Shown in pieces: positions 11,035 to 22,372 of a stretch of DNA of 64,000 nt (within the stretch, counting starts at the first letter, position 1; each line of letters opens with the position of its first letter). The notes below the pieces were generated by a model that was not told the DNA's origin, searched no databases, and worked only from the letters and a program-made list of their open reading frames with translations. The translations under genes were made by a program, and so were the position numbers. Source of the DNA: a virus (lineage: Duplodnaviria > Caudoviricetes); IMG/VR virus record IMGVR_UViG_2901040167_000002, positions 5,147 through 69,146 of that record; one strand, written 5' to 3'.

Positions 11035-11826
11035 TTACATTAGTGCTATTGGATGTTGGTTTATAAATTTAATATTGCATTCACCAATTATTTTAAGTCT
11101 ATTTCTACCATAATTTAGCTTTAGCCATTCTTTATTAAACTTATTGAATATATTTCTATTTTTATCATTCATGCTAACCACATCTTTAAGACCATCATTG
11201 TAGACATATATATGTTCGTTAAATTCTAAGCCATCAAATATAACTCTCTGATTAATAGACTCATTTATAATCTCTAATCTTGTAGTTCCATTCAGTAATT
11301 CAACTTCTATGTCTGGATATATAAACTTCTCTAAATTAGAGCTATTATATATTTCAACTCTTTTTTCTCCATTTACTCTAAAATAATCAATTAATTGATT
11401 ACTATATGCATGTGGTGCATTTAATCGCATTTCTAAATTTATATATCCTTCTTTAGCTGCATTTTCAAAATTTCTTCCTTTGGTAAAAATAACATAATAA
11501 ACTATTCCTGTATTATCAAAACTCACAAAGGGCTTATATTCCTTTTGGAATAACCACCTACATATTTCTTCTAACTCACCTTTTTTATATGGTTTAGCTA
11601 TGTTGTATTCATTCATTTTCATTATTGTAATTGGTATTGTAGGAACTTTCCTTTTAACGCCTAAATATATCGGAATATCTGTTGCAGAATCATATTCTTT
11701 TATTTCTTGCTCAACTCCAAATATAATATCTTTATTTCCACCATCAACACTAACTATTTTTAAGTTTTTATCCTTACTGCTTTTACCATCAAATTGAAAG
11801 TATCCATCTCTAAATTGCAATATCAA
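11035..11826 (-). CDS. Distal tail protein (Dit)
   Basis: 263 aa directly after the tape measure; FQFDGKSS start and WLKLNYGRNRLKI end typical of siphophage Dit. Confidence 0.8.
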   Translation of the reverse strand: MILQFRDGYFQFDGKSSKDKNLKIVSVDGGNKDIIFGVEQEIKEYDSATDIPIYLGVKRKVPTIPITIMKMNEYNIAKPYKKGELEEICRWLFQKEYKPFVSFDNTGIVYYVIFTKGRNFENAAKEGYINLEMRLNAPHAYSNQLIDYFRVNGEKRVEIYNSSNLEKFIYPDIEVELLNGTTRLEIINESINQRVIFDGLEFNEHIYVYNDGLKDVVSMNDKNRNIFNKFNKEWLKLNYGRNRLKIIGECNIKFINQHPIALM

Positions 11827-11890
11827 TCACCACCTTTTACTTTAAAATTTATATTTTAAGGAGAGTCCTTTGAACCCTCCTTAAATTTAA

Positions 11891-14800
11891 TTAATATATT
11901 CCATTTTCTTCTCTTATCTTCTTCATGAGTTCTCTGTTATTCTCATCAAGCATTTTTCTAACATCTTCTGGCTTGCTTTCATTTAAAGTCCCTATATGTA
12001 AATCTGATTTGATATCAATGTTTTTACTTGCTGGCATTGCCATCATTGATATAGGCACTGGTATTTTAGGCATTTCAATCACTGTTCTTCCAGCGTTATT
12101 TATTCTATTAATATCTTGAACTCCTAAGTCCTTATTCATTTTATTTAACTCTGAATATAAGTTCTTAGTAGCTTCCAACTTATCAATGAACTCTTGCATT
12201 TTCAATGAAGAATCTGCAAATAATTCACCTTGATCCTTATAATAACCACTAATAGCATCTCTTAGCTTAATAACATGTCCTTCTATTTCTACAAAACCTT
12301 TTTGAATCATACCTTTTGCTAATTCTGCAATTTTATCATCAGTATAGTTTTCATCTAATGCCTTTTCCTTTTCATCCTTTATCTTATCTATTTTATCCAT
12401 CTGGTCGTCAAATGCTTTATCTGCATCTTCTCTTTGTTTATCTCTAATAAACTTATTAAGATCCTTTTGAGCATCTTCTTGTTCCTTTAGATAATCTTTT
12501 AATTTGGATTGACCTTCAGCACTTAAATCTCTTCTAACTGATTCTATTTTAGAATTTATTTCATGTAATTTCTTTTGCTTTTCTGCTAATTCTTCTTCAA
12601 AATCTTCATTTTTGTTTTTGTTATCATATAAATCTTTTTGCTTTTGGACTTCTTCTCTTCTCTTATCAGTTTCCTTTTCCCAAGCCTTCTTACGATTTTC
12701 TATTTCATTTTTTATAACTTCTGTTACTTGTCTTTCAGTATCAGCCATCATATCAATAAATTTCTTTCTGCTATCTTTTATTGCTTTATCAACTTCTATC
12801 CATTCCTTTTTTAATTTTGGTAATTCAGATGAAGTTAATTCAAAATATCTATTAGCTGCGTCTTCTAGTTCTTTGAAGTCTTTCTTAGCTTTTTCTTTAG
12901 ATTTATCTGTATTAGCCATTCTATTTACTCTAGCCTTTGCATCTTCTAAAGCTTTGGTATAGTTATCAATGTCTCCATTGTGGGCATGTAATCCCTTGGA
13001 ATTAAGTTGTCTTTCTAATTCTCTTGCTTCTTTTTGTTTTGCACCAATGATATCATCTATAGCATTTTTCTTTTTTCTATATAATCCTATCTCATTGTTT
13101 ATATATTTTATTCTATCTTTATTGTTAGCTAACTCTTCACGAGTTGCATTTTCATCTAAAGCATTATTTACATCATTAAGCGCATCTTGTAAAGATTTGT
13201 ATCTATCTATCTTTTCATCGATATCTTCTATGTTTACTGAATTAGTCGAAGATGAACTTTTTCCTGAGCTACCTTTACCACCACCTCCAGAACTAGACTT
13301 ACTTGGCTTATAGGAACTCTTCTTTGGTTTATATGAACTTCTTCGTCCTCCGCCTGAACTTCTAGGACTATAATTTGATGATATAGGAGTATAAGATGAA
13401 TCTCCTTGTATTGGAGTAAACCCGCCACCTCCATCTCTTAATGGCCCGACTTTTTCCCTTTCTTTCTCTTGTCTATGTGCTTCAGCATCAGCTAATAACC
13501 AAATACCTCTTGGATCTCCTGCGGAATAAACCTTAGTATCACCAATTTTCATTTCTTGTCCTGGTTTTAAACTGTTATACATTCTCATTGTTTGGCTTAC
13601 AAATTGTGATGTAGCACTTAACTTACTAGATAATGCATTACTATAATTAGTTACATCTGTGCCATATACACCGCTAAGGTTATTAGCCATTTGGTCGTGC
13701 ATACCGACAATTGAGTTAACTACTCCAGATGTTTTTTCTCCTTTTGCATCTCCTGCATTTCCATGATTTGTTACATCAGTTCCATATCCTACTCCAAGTC
13801 CATTAACTAGATTATTATATCTTGCAAATATAAAATCACTAGTCGACGCTGCATTTTGCCCTTTTGTACCTTCTGCATTGCTATGATTTCCTACGTCTGT
13901 AGCATATGAACCAGATTTATTATTTATTTCATTATTAGTTATTCCTGATCTATTATTAGCACCTACAGCTGCATTTTGAGTTTTATTGTCCTCTGCTGTA
14001 GTCTGGTTATTAACATCATCATTATATGTACTATTTTTATTATTTGCTTCATCCTGTGCTATTTGTGACCTATTATTAGCACCTTGAGCTGCTACACTAT
14101 TCTCTCTTTGTTGAGCTATAACTGCTTCATCAACAGCACTATGATAAGCATTAATCTTTTCTTTACCTACATCTCTAAGTCTTCCTTTCATTACACTTAG
14201 CATAGAATTCGCATCACCTAATGAAGCAATAAGTTTATTATCATTAGTTCCTAATATCTTAGATATCATATCTTCACTTAACTTACCAGTCTTCTGAAAT
14301 TCATCCATTGCATCTTTAATTACTTTTTCCTCTGATGCAAATCCATCGAATGCATCTTTTAAAGATTTTATTTGTTTCTCAGTTTGTTCTGCTTTATCTT
14401 GAAGATCCATTAATCCGTTCCCAAAATCATTTGTTCCACCTTTAGCTTCTTCACTTGATTTATTTACATCTTTTAATGAATTCTCATAATCTTTCAATGC
14501 ACCTACAGCATTAAATCCAGCTATATTATTTATGTCATAGTCGGTTTTTCCAGCACTCCTATAGGCTTGTATAGCCTGTCTCAAACCTTCAGCCTTTTGA
14601 GCAGTATCAGACATTTCTTTCTGCATCTTTTTCAAGTCATCAGTGCCTTGTCTAGCCCATGCAACCGCACGACCATTGCCAGTTTTAGATATTGCTTTAA
14701 CTGTTTCACCATTTTCTAAATCTTTTTGAAGATCTTTAAACTCTTTTACTTGCTTTTTATAACCTTGCAAATCTTTCTCAAGGCTTTTGTTCTTCTTAAA

Positions 14801-15807
14801 GAAATCTAATGCATCAGTTCTTGCTGCTTCTTTCTTTAAATCTATTTGTTGTCTAATTATTTCATTATTTGTAGCTAGTTTCTTTCCTTCTTTATCTAAT
14901 CCTGTATATGTTTCTGGGAAAGTATCAGCCATCTGCCTTTGTAAATCAATTAATTGTTTTTGCAACTCAGCTCTTTCTTGTTCATTTTTGGTATCAGCCA
15001 TTTGTTGCTTTATTTTTTCCATCTTGCTTAAATTATTTTCTGCTTCATTTATTTGCTTTGATGAAGCATCAGCATTTTTAATATATTCTGCATTAAAATC
15101 TGCAAGCTGACTTTTTGTCATATGAATTGATTTTTGTAATTTACTAAATCCTTCAATGGCCTTTTCTATGACAAATGAGGCTATTAGGGCTATTCCAAAA
15201 CTTAAAGCTGATTCTAATAAAAGTGCTGCTCCTCTAGTTGCTATCATCGCTACTTTAGTAGCCGCTAGTTTACCTTGTAACGCTATCATAGAAGTTCCAT
15301 AACTTATTACTGATTTTTCACCATTCTTATATGATTGACTAAGTTTATCAATTGCTCCTGCTTGTTTTATTGTTCCATCGGCATTTCTTTCACCCTGAAT
15401 ATCAATTATCTTATCTTGGCGTTTTTTGATCATTTCATCAAATTTACCTTTTAACTTATCCATTCCCCAGACATTTTCTTCTATTCTCTTTCTGAATTTA
15501 TCTGAAAATAACATGAACCCAGCTGTTACAGATGCTAATATCGACGGAAGCGCTCCAAATGTATCAACTAATTTCTTCACAACATTAAGAACTCCTGTAG
15601 CTCCGCCTATCATGCCTTTAAGAAAATCTGTATTTGCGAGATCCATAGTAAGACCTTTCCATGTTTCTTTTAGTGCATTAATCTTTCCTTTAAGACTGTC
15701 CATATATGCTTTTTGTTCTAGTTGGGCTGAATTAATGCTGTTATTGGATTTCTCTTTTACTTTTTCTAAATCTTTAGCATTTTCCATTATGCTAAAGAAT
15801 ACATTTG
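11891..15807 (-). CDS. Tape measure protein, exon 3
   Basis: Frame is open upstream of the ATG at 15787 as (A/V)NVFFSIMEN, continuing the ...EQIAGKHQ motif of exon 2; long coiled coil; three exons sum to 5838 nt (1945 aa plus stop). Confidence 0.85.
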
Positions 15808-17423
15808 CATTATCTTCTATTTAACCACGCTAAAGTTAAATATTTATATTATGTTTTTAATAAAATTATTAAGTATATCTTTATAGTCTTCATCTTTGAA
15901 TTCCCAATAAGGTATTCTTAGCATTGGTATATTATTTCTTTTTGCGAAATCATCTTTTATTTTATCTATATTTTGTTGATGTTTAAATCTTTCTTCTCCT
16001 CCAAAGACGTCTATTTTGCTAAAATGCTGACTACCATCAGTTTCTATAAGACCAACTATTTTAGATTCTTTAAATAGTGCAAAATCTATTGGCAATGCCC
16101 TTTTGAGTTTACATTCCTTATTTTTATATTGATATTTATATTTAATATTATTTTCCTTTAAAAATAATTCCGTTTTATACTCTAAAGATGATTTCCTTTT
16201 AGAACATATATCACATCTGTTTTTTCCTGATATAAAAGTACCCCATCTTGTGTAAAATATATTACCACATTTACATTTAAAAATTAATTTTTCATCTCTT
16301 GAATGATATTCTTCTGATAATAGTTCACAATTTAAATTATTATGTTTAATATATAATTTTACATTGTATATTGTATAAGGATTAGAAGGGTGTACAATAT
16401 AAGAAGAAAAACCTAGTTTTACATTATTATAGGTTGAATATATTAAATATCCCTCTTCATTTAAAGCAGTAACCTTTTGGTCATTTCTTTCTACCTCTTT
16501 AAATAAAGGAGTAAAACCATTTTTTATAAAAACTCGTTTTACATCTTCTATATTATTTCTTCTATTATTTATCTCCTTGACTTTTGAACATTTATTACAT
16601 AAATGTTTTTTATTATTCTTTATATGTTGGAAGCAAACCTCAAATATATCACCACATTCTGAACAATACCATTTCATTTTTTCTATTAAAGATATATATT
16701 CATCAGAAATAGTATATGTTTTTATATTATTTCTTTTTAAATATAAATTTATATTATAGATTGAATAAGGATTACTCTTATGCCACAATCGATAAGAACC
16801 ATTATTAATTTTAAGAAATTCTAATGATATGTATGCTAAATATCCATCTTTATCTATAGCTGTGAACTTAGTTTTACTATTTCCAATTTTATTACCCAAT
16901 AATTTTAAATTATATTTATTGAAAATGTATTCTATATCTTCTAATGTATACATAATTTTTCTCCTTGTTAAATTTATTTTTTATTTATTTTATTATATCA
17001 TAAATATATCTTTTTTTATTGTAGTTTATTAAAAATTAACATAATATTTTCTCTAGCTTTCACTAGATGTTGAGACTATTTCTTCACCTTCACCATTACA
17101 TGTTAAGGGCAGACCTTTTCGATTTAAGGGATTCTCACCCACTACTTTTATATAGCGTATTGTAGCCCTACTCCTATTGCTTATCTCAAAGCTCATGGAT
17201 AGTCGTTGAAGATTCTTCTATTCGAAGCTTTCCTGCATGAACAACCATTGTTTATGAATACTTAGGATTTAACCATATATTCATCTCTAAACTTTTTTCT
17301 ACTTTCGTAACATTCACGCATAGGTATATTTCATCCTTACGTTGTAGTATTAGAGCTTTAGGTATTACCTGCAATTAAATCTGATTTACACGCAAATTTC
17401 TCTACGTGCAAGGCATATTGTTA
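15808..17423 (-). mobile_element. Group I intron 2 in the tape-measure gene, carrying an endonuclease ORF in the P9 region (boundaries +/-1 nt)
   Basis: P1 AGGU/GCCU with U.G; P2 UUGCACGUAGA-GAAA-UUUGCGUGUAA; P AAUUGCAGGUAA; Q UCAUGCAGG; R UUCAACGACUA; S GAAGAAAUAGUCU; P9 UCUAG/CUAGA; terminal hairpin UAUUUAAC/GUUAAAUA followed by GAAGAUAAUG. Confidence 0.9.
15844..16953 (-). CDS. Intron-encoded putative homing endonuclease (Zn ribbons plus C-terminal Vsr/DUF559-like nuclease domain)
   Basis: CxxC repeats, duplicated SNPY(S/T)IYN unit, C-terminal S.LE...DFAL...IETDGSQHF...DKIKD...LRIPYW; own AAGGAG RBS and upstream TGATATAAT. Confidence 0.85.
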   Translation of the reverse strand: MYTLEDIEYIFNKYNLKLLGNKIGNSKTKFTAIDKDGYLAYISLEFLKINNGSYRLWHKSNPYSIYNINLYLKRNNIKTYTISDEYISLIEKMKWYCSECGDIFEVCFQHIKNNKKHLCNKCSKVKEINNRRNNIEDVKRVFIKNGFTPLFKEVERNDQKVTALNEEGYLIYSTYNNVKLGFSSYIVHPSNPYTIYNVKLYIKHNNLNCELLSEEYHSRDEKLIFKCKCGNIFYTRWGTFISGKNRCDICSKRKSSLEYKTELFLKENNIKYKYQYKNKECKLKRALPIDFALFKESKIVGLIETDGSQHFSKIDVFGGEERFKHQQNIDKIKDDFAKRNNIPMLRIPYWEFKDEDYKDILNNFIKNII

Positions 17424-17688
17424 CCTGATGTTTACCAGCAATTTGTTCACCTAGCATTGCTTTTTGCTGGTCATTTAAATTTCCCCAGACCTTGGAAAGG
17501 TCATTTAAAATATCATATGTACTTTTGAATTCTTTATTCCCATCTTTGCCTAATTGAGTTATTTTAACTTGACCATCGGTAACACTATTCATCATTTTCT
17601 CTAATTTTGGTTTTGTACCTTCGGCAGTCTTTTTCATTCCTCTTAAATTCATCGAAATTGTTTTTAATCCATTACCAACTCTACTTGG
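17424..17688 (-). CDS. Tape measure protein, exon 2
   Basis: Reads PSRVGNGLKTISMNLRGM...FKSTYDILNDLSKVW...EQIAGKHQ, the expected continuation of ...AANSVVQD in the TP901-type tape-measure core. Confidence 0.9.
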
Positions 17689-18053
17689 CAGTAATATTAT
17701 CCATAAGACTTTTTATTCCTATGTTCTAGGAGTTTCCTCCATTACACTATGTTAATTCATAGTTAGCTTAGCATACATTTTCACCCTCGTTTAACGTTAG
17801 GCTAATCTAAATGATTAGGATATACCTTTAATATATCGTGGAGAACACTCTTGGAAGGGTTATATTCTATTATAATAGCTTCACCTTCTATGCGTTACGG
17901 TACAGTAGGGTTTTAAACCTATCAATTATATCACTATAATTTAGTTTTACTAGAACCTGTTACCTCGGTATTTTCATATCTTATAGACTTAGAATTCACC
18001 GATTTTGCTCTCTAATTATATTAAGTATTTCTACTTAACACGACCTGTATTTG
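17689..18053 (-). ncRNA. Group I intron 1 (365 nt, no ORF) in the tape-measure gene
   Basis: 5' exon ends GAU, intron ends G; P1 GAUC/GGUC with U.G; P AAAAUCGGUGAA; Q AAUACCGAGG; P7 GCAUA/UAUGC; P9 GGAG-GAAA-CUCC; removal gives in-frame VVQD|PSRVGNGLK. Confidence 0.92.
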
Positions 18054-19709
18054 ATCTTGTACTACTGAGTTGGCTGCTGTTATCATTGCTATAGACTCTG
18101 ATACATCATTTCCAGCAACGTGTAATGCTGAAGCTGATCTCTGTAATGCATCCCCAATTCCGCCAGCTGAAATTGCAAAAGAATTGCTGACTCCATTAAA
18201 TTTATCAACAACACTTAATGCATCCTTAGCTTCTATGTTAAAACCTTTCAATGTACTAATCATTGATTTTGTAGCTTCTTCTCTACTAACATCACCAACA
18301 TTAGAATATATTAAAGATGTTTTAGCTAACTCCTTATCTTCATTGAACTTATTGAATCCTGCTTGTGCGAAATCCGCTGTGGCATTAATAATTTCTTGTG
18401 TGCTATGTCCAATTTCTATAGCTGTACTATTAGCTTGTTTTTCAAATTCTTTATATGTACTTGTTGTTTCCGATGTAACCCTCTTCAGATTAACCATTGC
18501 AGAGTCCATCTCTATAATATTATCTATACCAGTCTTTATTGTATTAAATCCTGCAAATAAAACACTTCCACCTATAGCAAATGATGCTATGTCTCTTATT
18601 GTGCCTCTTATTTTACTTCCATAAGCGACCAATTCATTTGTTTCTGCTTTTATTGCATTTGTTGAATTTTTAATTCTATTTCTTTCAACATTACCTAATA
18701 TCTCATTCTCTTGAATTAATCTTTGATATTGCGCTATCTGTTTTTCTAGTTCAACATTTAATTGTGCCTGTTTTTCTTTGTTACCATAACCTGAATTAAC
18801 TTTTTCTTTTAAACCAGTTAAGATAGATATTTGTTTTTCTAAAAATTGAGTAGATTTATTTACTTCAGCAGCATATCCACTTTCCTTCTTAACTAAATTG
18901 TCTAGTTCTATAACTGATTTATTTAGAGTATTTCTCTCCTGTTCACTTAATAAATTCCCTTGACTCTTTAATTCATTGATTCTATTTTGAAGATTAGCTA
19001 TTTTCTCTAAATCAGAAGAATTATTATAATTCTCATTAGTTCTATTACCTCTTACAGATAACTCTCTTACTTTATTTAATTTCATAGCCAAGTTATCTAA
19101 ATATCTTTCTTGTGCTAAAAATGAATTCTCAGCTTTTTCCTTATTATCAACTATCTTTTTAGATATCAAGTCAAAAACTTGTACGACTTTACCGCCTTCT
19201 TCTTTAACTGTCCAACCATACTTTTCTACAGCTTGTCTAGCTTGATCATATTTATAAGTTAAAGTAGTAGATTTAACTGATCCATTTTTATCAGTTATAG
19301 TATTCATTTTAGCTAACTCACCATTTACTAGTTTGAATTCATTTCTCGCTAAAGTAGCATATCTTAAAATATTCTCAAAATCACCTTTTACTGATTTTAA
19401 GTTTGAACTTGGAGATAGTTTTATATCCTGAGTATTTAATGATTGTTTTATCTGTTTATTTAGATCTCTAAGTACACTATCTGCATTTCCTAATTTCAGA
19501 TTTTTTATATTTATTGTTAATTGCTTAGAAATTTTATCTAATTGTCTTTGTATTTTATCAGTAACTTTATCAACATCTTTAAATTCCACCTTTGAAATAG
19601 ATAAATTAAGTTTCTTACCTAGCTTATCTACATCTTTTTGTAATTTATTTTGTACTTCTTCAATATCTTTTAACTTTAATCCAATTAAAATATTTGGGTT
19701 ATTTGCCAT
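18054..19709 (-). CDS. Tape measure protein, exon 1 (552 codons)
   Basis: MDSAMVNLKRVT...ATADFAQAG...GIGDALQRSASAL...AMITAANSVVQD tape-measure core; the last 10 aa of ORF 18021..19709 are intron read-in. Confidence 0.92.
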
Positions 19710-19720
19710 CTATCCACCTC

Positions 19721-20170
19721 CTACTCTGTCTCAAATCCTAATAAATTCAATTCTTTTTTTACTACTTTTTCTAAAATTCCACTTTGATTTAATTTTTGTT
19801 TAGTTATATCAAAGACTGGTCTTTCATCTGGTTGTCTATTCCAACCATAAGATTCACCATATTCTATAATGCTATCTAGTCTTTCTCCCTTTTCATCACC
19901 ATTTGCTAATGTCTCATTTGTGATTTGTATAATTCCAGGAGAAATTATTTCAGTATTTATATTTTCCCTATCACCATATCCTTTATTTTTATATCTTCTT
20001 TCATAAAAATTAGGTTGAAAATCACCATCGTATACAACTTTTTCTATAGTTTCATCTAATACGTCACTAGCTACTTCCCCTAATGTTTCTAATATGATTT
20101 CACGTTTTTTACTTATATCAGAATATAAATCTTTTAAATTATTGAAGTCCATTGTCATTTCCTTCTTCAA
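19721..20170 (-). CDS. Phage tail/neck-associated protein (HK97 gp10-like)
   Basis: VYDG...YERR and IIEYG...RP motifs; immediately upstream of the tape measure. Confidence 0.55.
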   Translation of the reverse strand: MKKEMTMDFNNLKDLYSDISKKREIILETLGEVASDVLDETIEKVVYDGDFQPNFYERRYKNKGYGDRENINTEIISPGIIQITNETLANGDEKGERLDSIIEYGESYGWNRQPDERPVFDITKQKLNQSGILEKVVKKELNLLGFETE

Positions 20171-20684
20171 TATTATCTACTAGCTTTTCAAGCTCACTAA
20201 AATCAGCCTTTTTAATTTTAGATATTTGTTTATTTATTTTCTTTTTAGCTAGTTCAGATCTCTCTATTCCACAAGTTGTATCATAGCAATTACTTATAGC
20301 TAATTTTAAAGCTGTATTCATTAACTCAACTTCTTGTTTTTGAACTTGTAAGAGTTGTTCTCTGATTCCACTTTTAACTATTCTAGTAACCCACATGCCA
20401 ACATTAAAACATAGCTCCTCAAAGACTTCATTTACATGTTCTGAATTTAGCAATGCTTGGAAATCCTTAATTTTCATACCCTTAAACTTTATTTTTCCGT
20501 TACATTCAATAATCTCTTTAAACATTTCAAGTGTAAATTCATCATCTGTAATTTTCTTACCTTTTGCTTTTAGTTTTTCTATTTTTTTATATATTTTTAA
20601 TTGCTCTGATTGGGATAGATTCTTAACTTTGAATCCCCATTCCTCATCCTCAAAACAATACATTCCTTCTAATAATTCTTCCAT
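20139..20684 (-). CDS. Putative tail assembly chaperone
   Basis: 181 aa, AGGAGG RBS, lies between tail tube and tape measure. Confidence 0.5.
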   Translation of the reverse strand: MEELLEGMYCFEDEEWGFKVKNLSQSEQLKIYKKIEKLKAKGKKITDDEFTLEMFKEIIECNGKIKFKGMKIKDFQALLNSEHVNEVFEELCFNVGMWVTRIVKSGIREQLLQVQKQEVELMNTALKLAISNCYDTTCGIERSELAKKKINKQISKIKKADFSELEKLVDNIEEGNDNGLQ

Positions 20685-20713
20685 ATTAACTTTCCTCCTT
20701 ATTTTTTTGCATT

Positions 20714-20750
20714 AAAAAAGAACCTAGCTTGTCTACTTGCTACGTTCTCT
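20714..20750 (-). terminator. Intrinsic terminator of the repeated AGAA..TAG/CTAGGTTC family
   Basis: Hairpin plus T6 after the GNAT gene; relatives at ~21726, 30673, 31783, 32105. Confidence 0.65.
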
Positions 20751-21296
20751 TTATATTAACATATATAATGGTATACAATCTTTAATATACTTTCCTTCAT
20801 CCCTTTTCATATATTCATTAAAATCTTTAAACCCATGCCTATTATAAAAATTATAAGCTTTAGCAACAGAATATAAAATAATATTATGAACACCACAAAC
20901 TTCTTCTGATATTTTACGTATTGAACTTAGTATATCAAAAAACATCATATTACTAAAATTATTTAATTCCTCTTCACTCTCATCATATTTCAATCCTTGA
21001 TATTCCTTATCTATGGCGAAAAATTTAATTTCTATTGATGGTAAATAATGATTTTTATTATTTGATTCATATATCAAAGCAGTTGTAGATAATGTATAAA
21101 AGCCTATAATCTCTTTATTATCTGAATTAATAATAATCTTAGTTACTCCTTTATTATTAAAATAATCTTTAAGAGCTGTTTCTTTAATGTACGTATTAAT
21201 ATTTTCGCTTGCACAATCAAATTGATCAATAGCATACTCTCTAAAAGATTTTTCATCTAAAAGTATTACTTCATATTTAATATCTTTACCTAACAT
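20751..21296 (-). CDS. GNAT acetyltransferase, putative toxin
   Basis: FDC...INTYIKETA, IIGFYTL, FAIDKEYQG, AYNFYNRHGF as in TacT/AtaT-like GNATs; abuts a small upstream ORF. Confidence 0.8.
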   Translation of the reverse strand: MLGKDIKYEVILLDEKSFREYAIDQFDCASENINTYIKETALKDYFNNKGVTKIIINSDNKEIIGFYTLSTTALIYESNNKNHYLPSIEIKFFAIDKEYQGLKYDESEEELNNFSNMMFFDILSSIRKISEEVCGVHNIILYSVAKAYNFYNRHGFKDFNEYMKRDEGKYIKDCIPLYMLI

Positions 21297-21297
21297 T

Positions 21298-21501
21298 CTA
21301 TTTAATTATTAAATTCTTTCTTAATATTTCTGCTTTTTTTTGTATTTTATCCCACATATTATTATCTCTTTTTTGACTTAAAAAATCATCAACTTTATCT
21401 TCTCTAATCATTAAAATCCTATCTACTGGTTTTGCCATTACTGCCATATTAATCAACTCCCTTTTTCCTATAACTTGACCATCCCATCTCTTAATATCCA
21501 T
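21298..21501 (-). CDS. Small putative antitoxin with two in-frame starts (21501 and 21447)
   Basis: GGGTGA-ATG and GGGAG-ATG starts; directly upstream of the GNAT gene; N-terminus shared with 32747..32947. Confidence 0.65.
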   Translation of the reverse strand: MDIKRWDGQVIGKRELINMAVMAKPVDRILMIREDKVDDFLSQKRDNNMWDKIQKKAEILRKNLIIK

Positions 21502-21958
21502 AACACTCACCCCAACTTAATATAACTAAGTTTAGTTTATCCTAATCTAGCCAAATAACTTGTAGAACTGTAAATATTATGTTTATTTTTTTTCAGTCAA
21601 ATTTCTTAATTAATCTTGATTATTTTACACAATTATATTTCTTTTTCCAATTATTATATTATAATAATACCATTCAATCCGCTAATTTTCAATATTTAGC
21701 TATGATTCTTAACAATTTTTGTATTAAAAAAGAACTTAGCTTTTACTAAGTTCTAAAATATGATATATTATTTAATTTTAACAGATTCCTTAGTGTCAAT
21801 TTCTTTTGGTTGTATCTCTTTCTCAAAAGATAATATATCATTACTCTTAAAAATTACTCCAACAAACTCAAAAATACTATTTGTATCTGTAATATTTGTT
21901 ACATAATACATCTTTTATTCCTACCATATCTCATAAACTAGATTATTCCTTATAATAT

Positions 21959-22059
21959 AAAAAGCAGAGGTTATACCTCCGCTTAGTCTTCAGCAAGCTT
22001 TTACAAACTCCCCTACTTAATATATAATCTTCAGCGAATTTTTACAAATTCCCTTACTT
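21959..22059 (-). ncRNA. Two-repeat hairpin RNA followed by a terminator
   Basis: 32 nt direct repeats at 21987-22018 and 22028-22059 (27/32 identical, stem changes keep pairing), then AAGCGGAGG-TATAA-CCTCTGCTT-TTT. Confidence 0.6.
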
Positions 22060-22372
22060 TATAATCTTAATTACTCTTTATATTTATACTAATAATATGA
22101 TTTTTCACAGTTTACTCTGGCATGGAAATGGGTTTAAAGTCTCCATTCCGACTTATATGTTTTTCTTTCAGCATATGCCTATCGTATTTGTGGTTATACA
22201 TATAAACCCTATTAGAATTCCATAAGAAACAGCATATACGAACCACTTCTTACTTCAACATTCAACAGATACACATGTTATCTGCTCTCTATTAATATAT
22301 GCAATTTTGCATAATTGATATTCTTTTAAAATCTAATTGAAAAATAAATTATTAATTATTCTTTATATCTAT

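Noticed and set aside
11891-19709. Tape measure as a fragmented pseudogene or three genes
   Set aside because: Both gaps contain group I core elements and the exons rejoin through conserved motifs
21768-21911. 47 aa minus-strand ORF (MYYVTNIT...) as the toxin for the repeat RNAs
   Set aside because: Too short for a ToxN/CptN/Abi toxin, separated by a strong terminator and a cassette junction; probably a gene remnant
21985-22040. Hammerhead ribozyme suggested by CUGAAGA
   Set aside because: No stem II followed by GAAA and no matching cleavage-site helix
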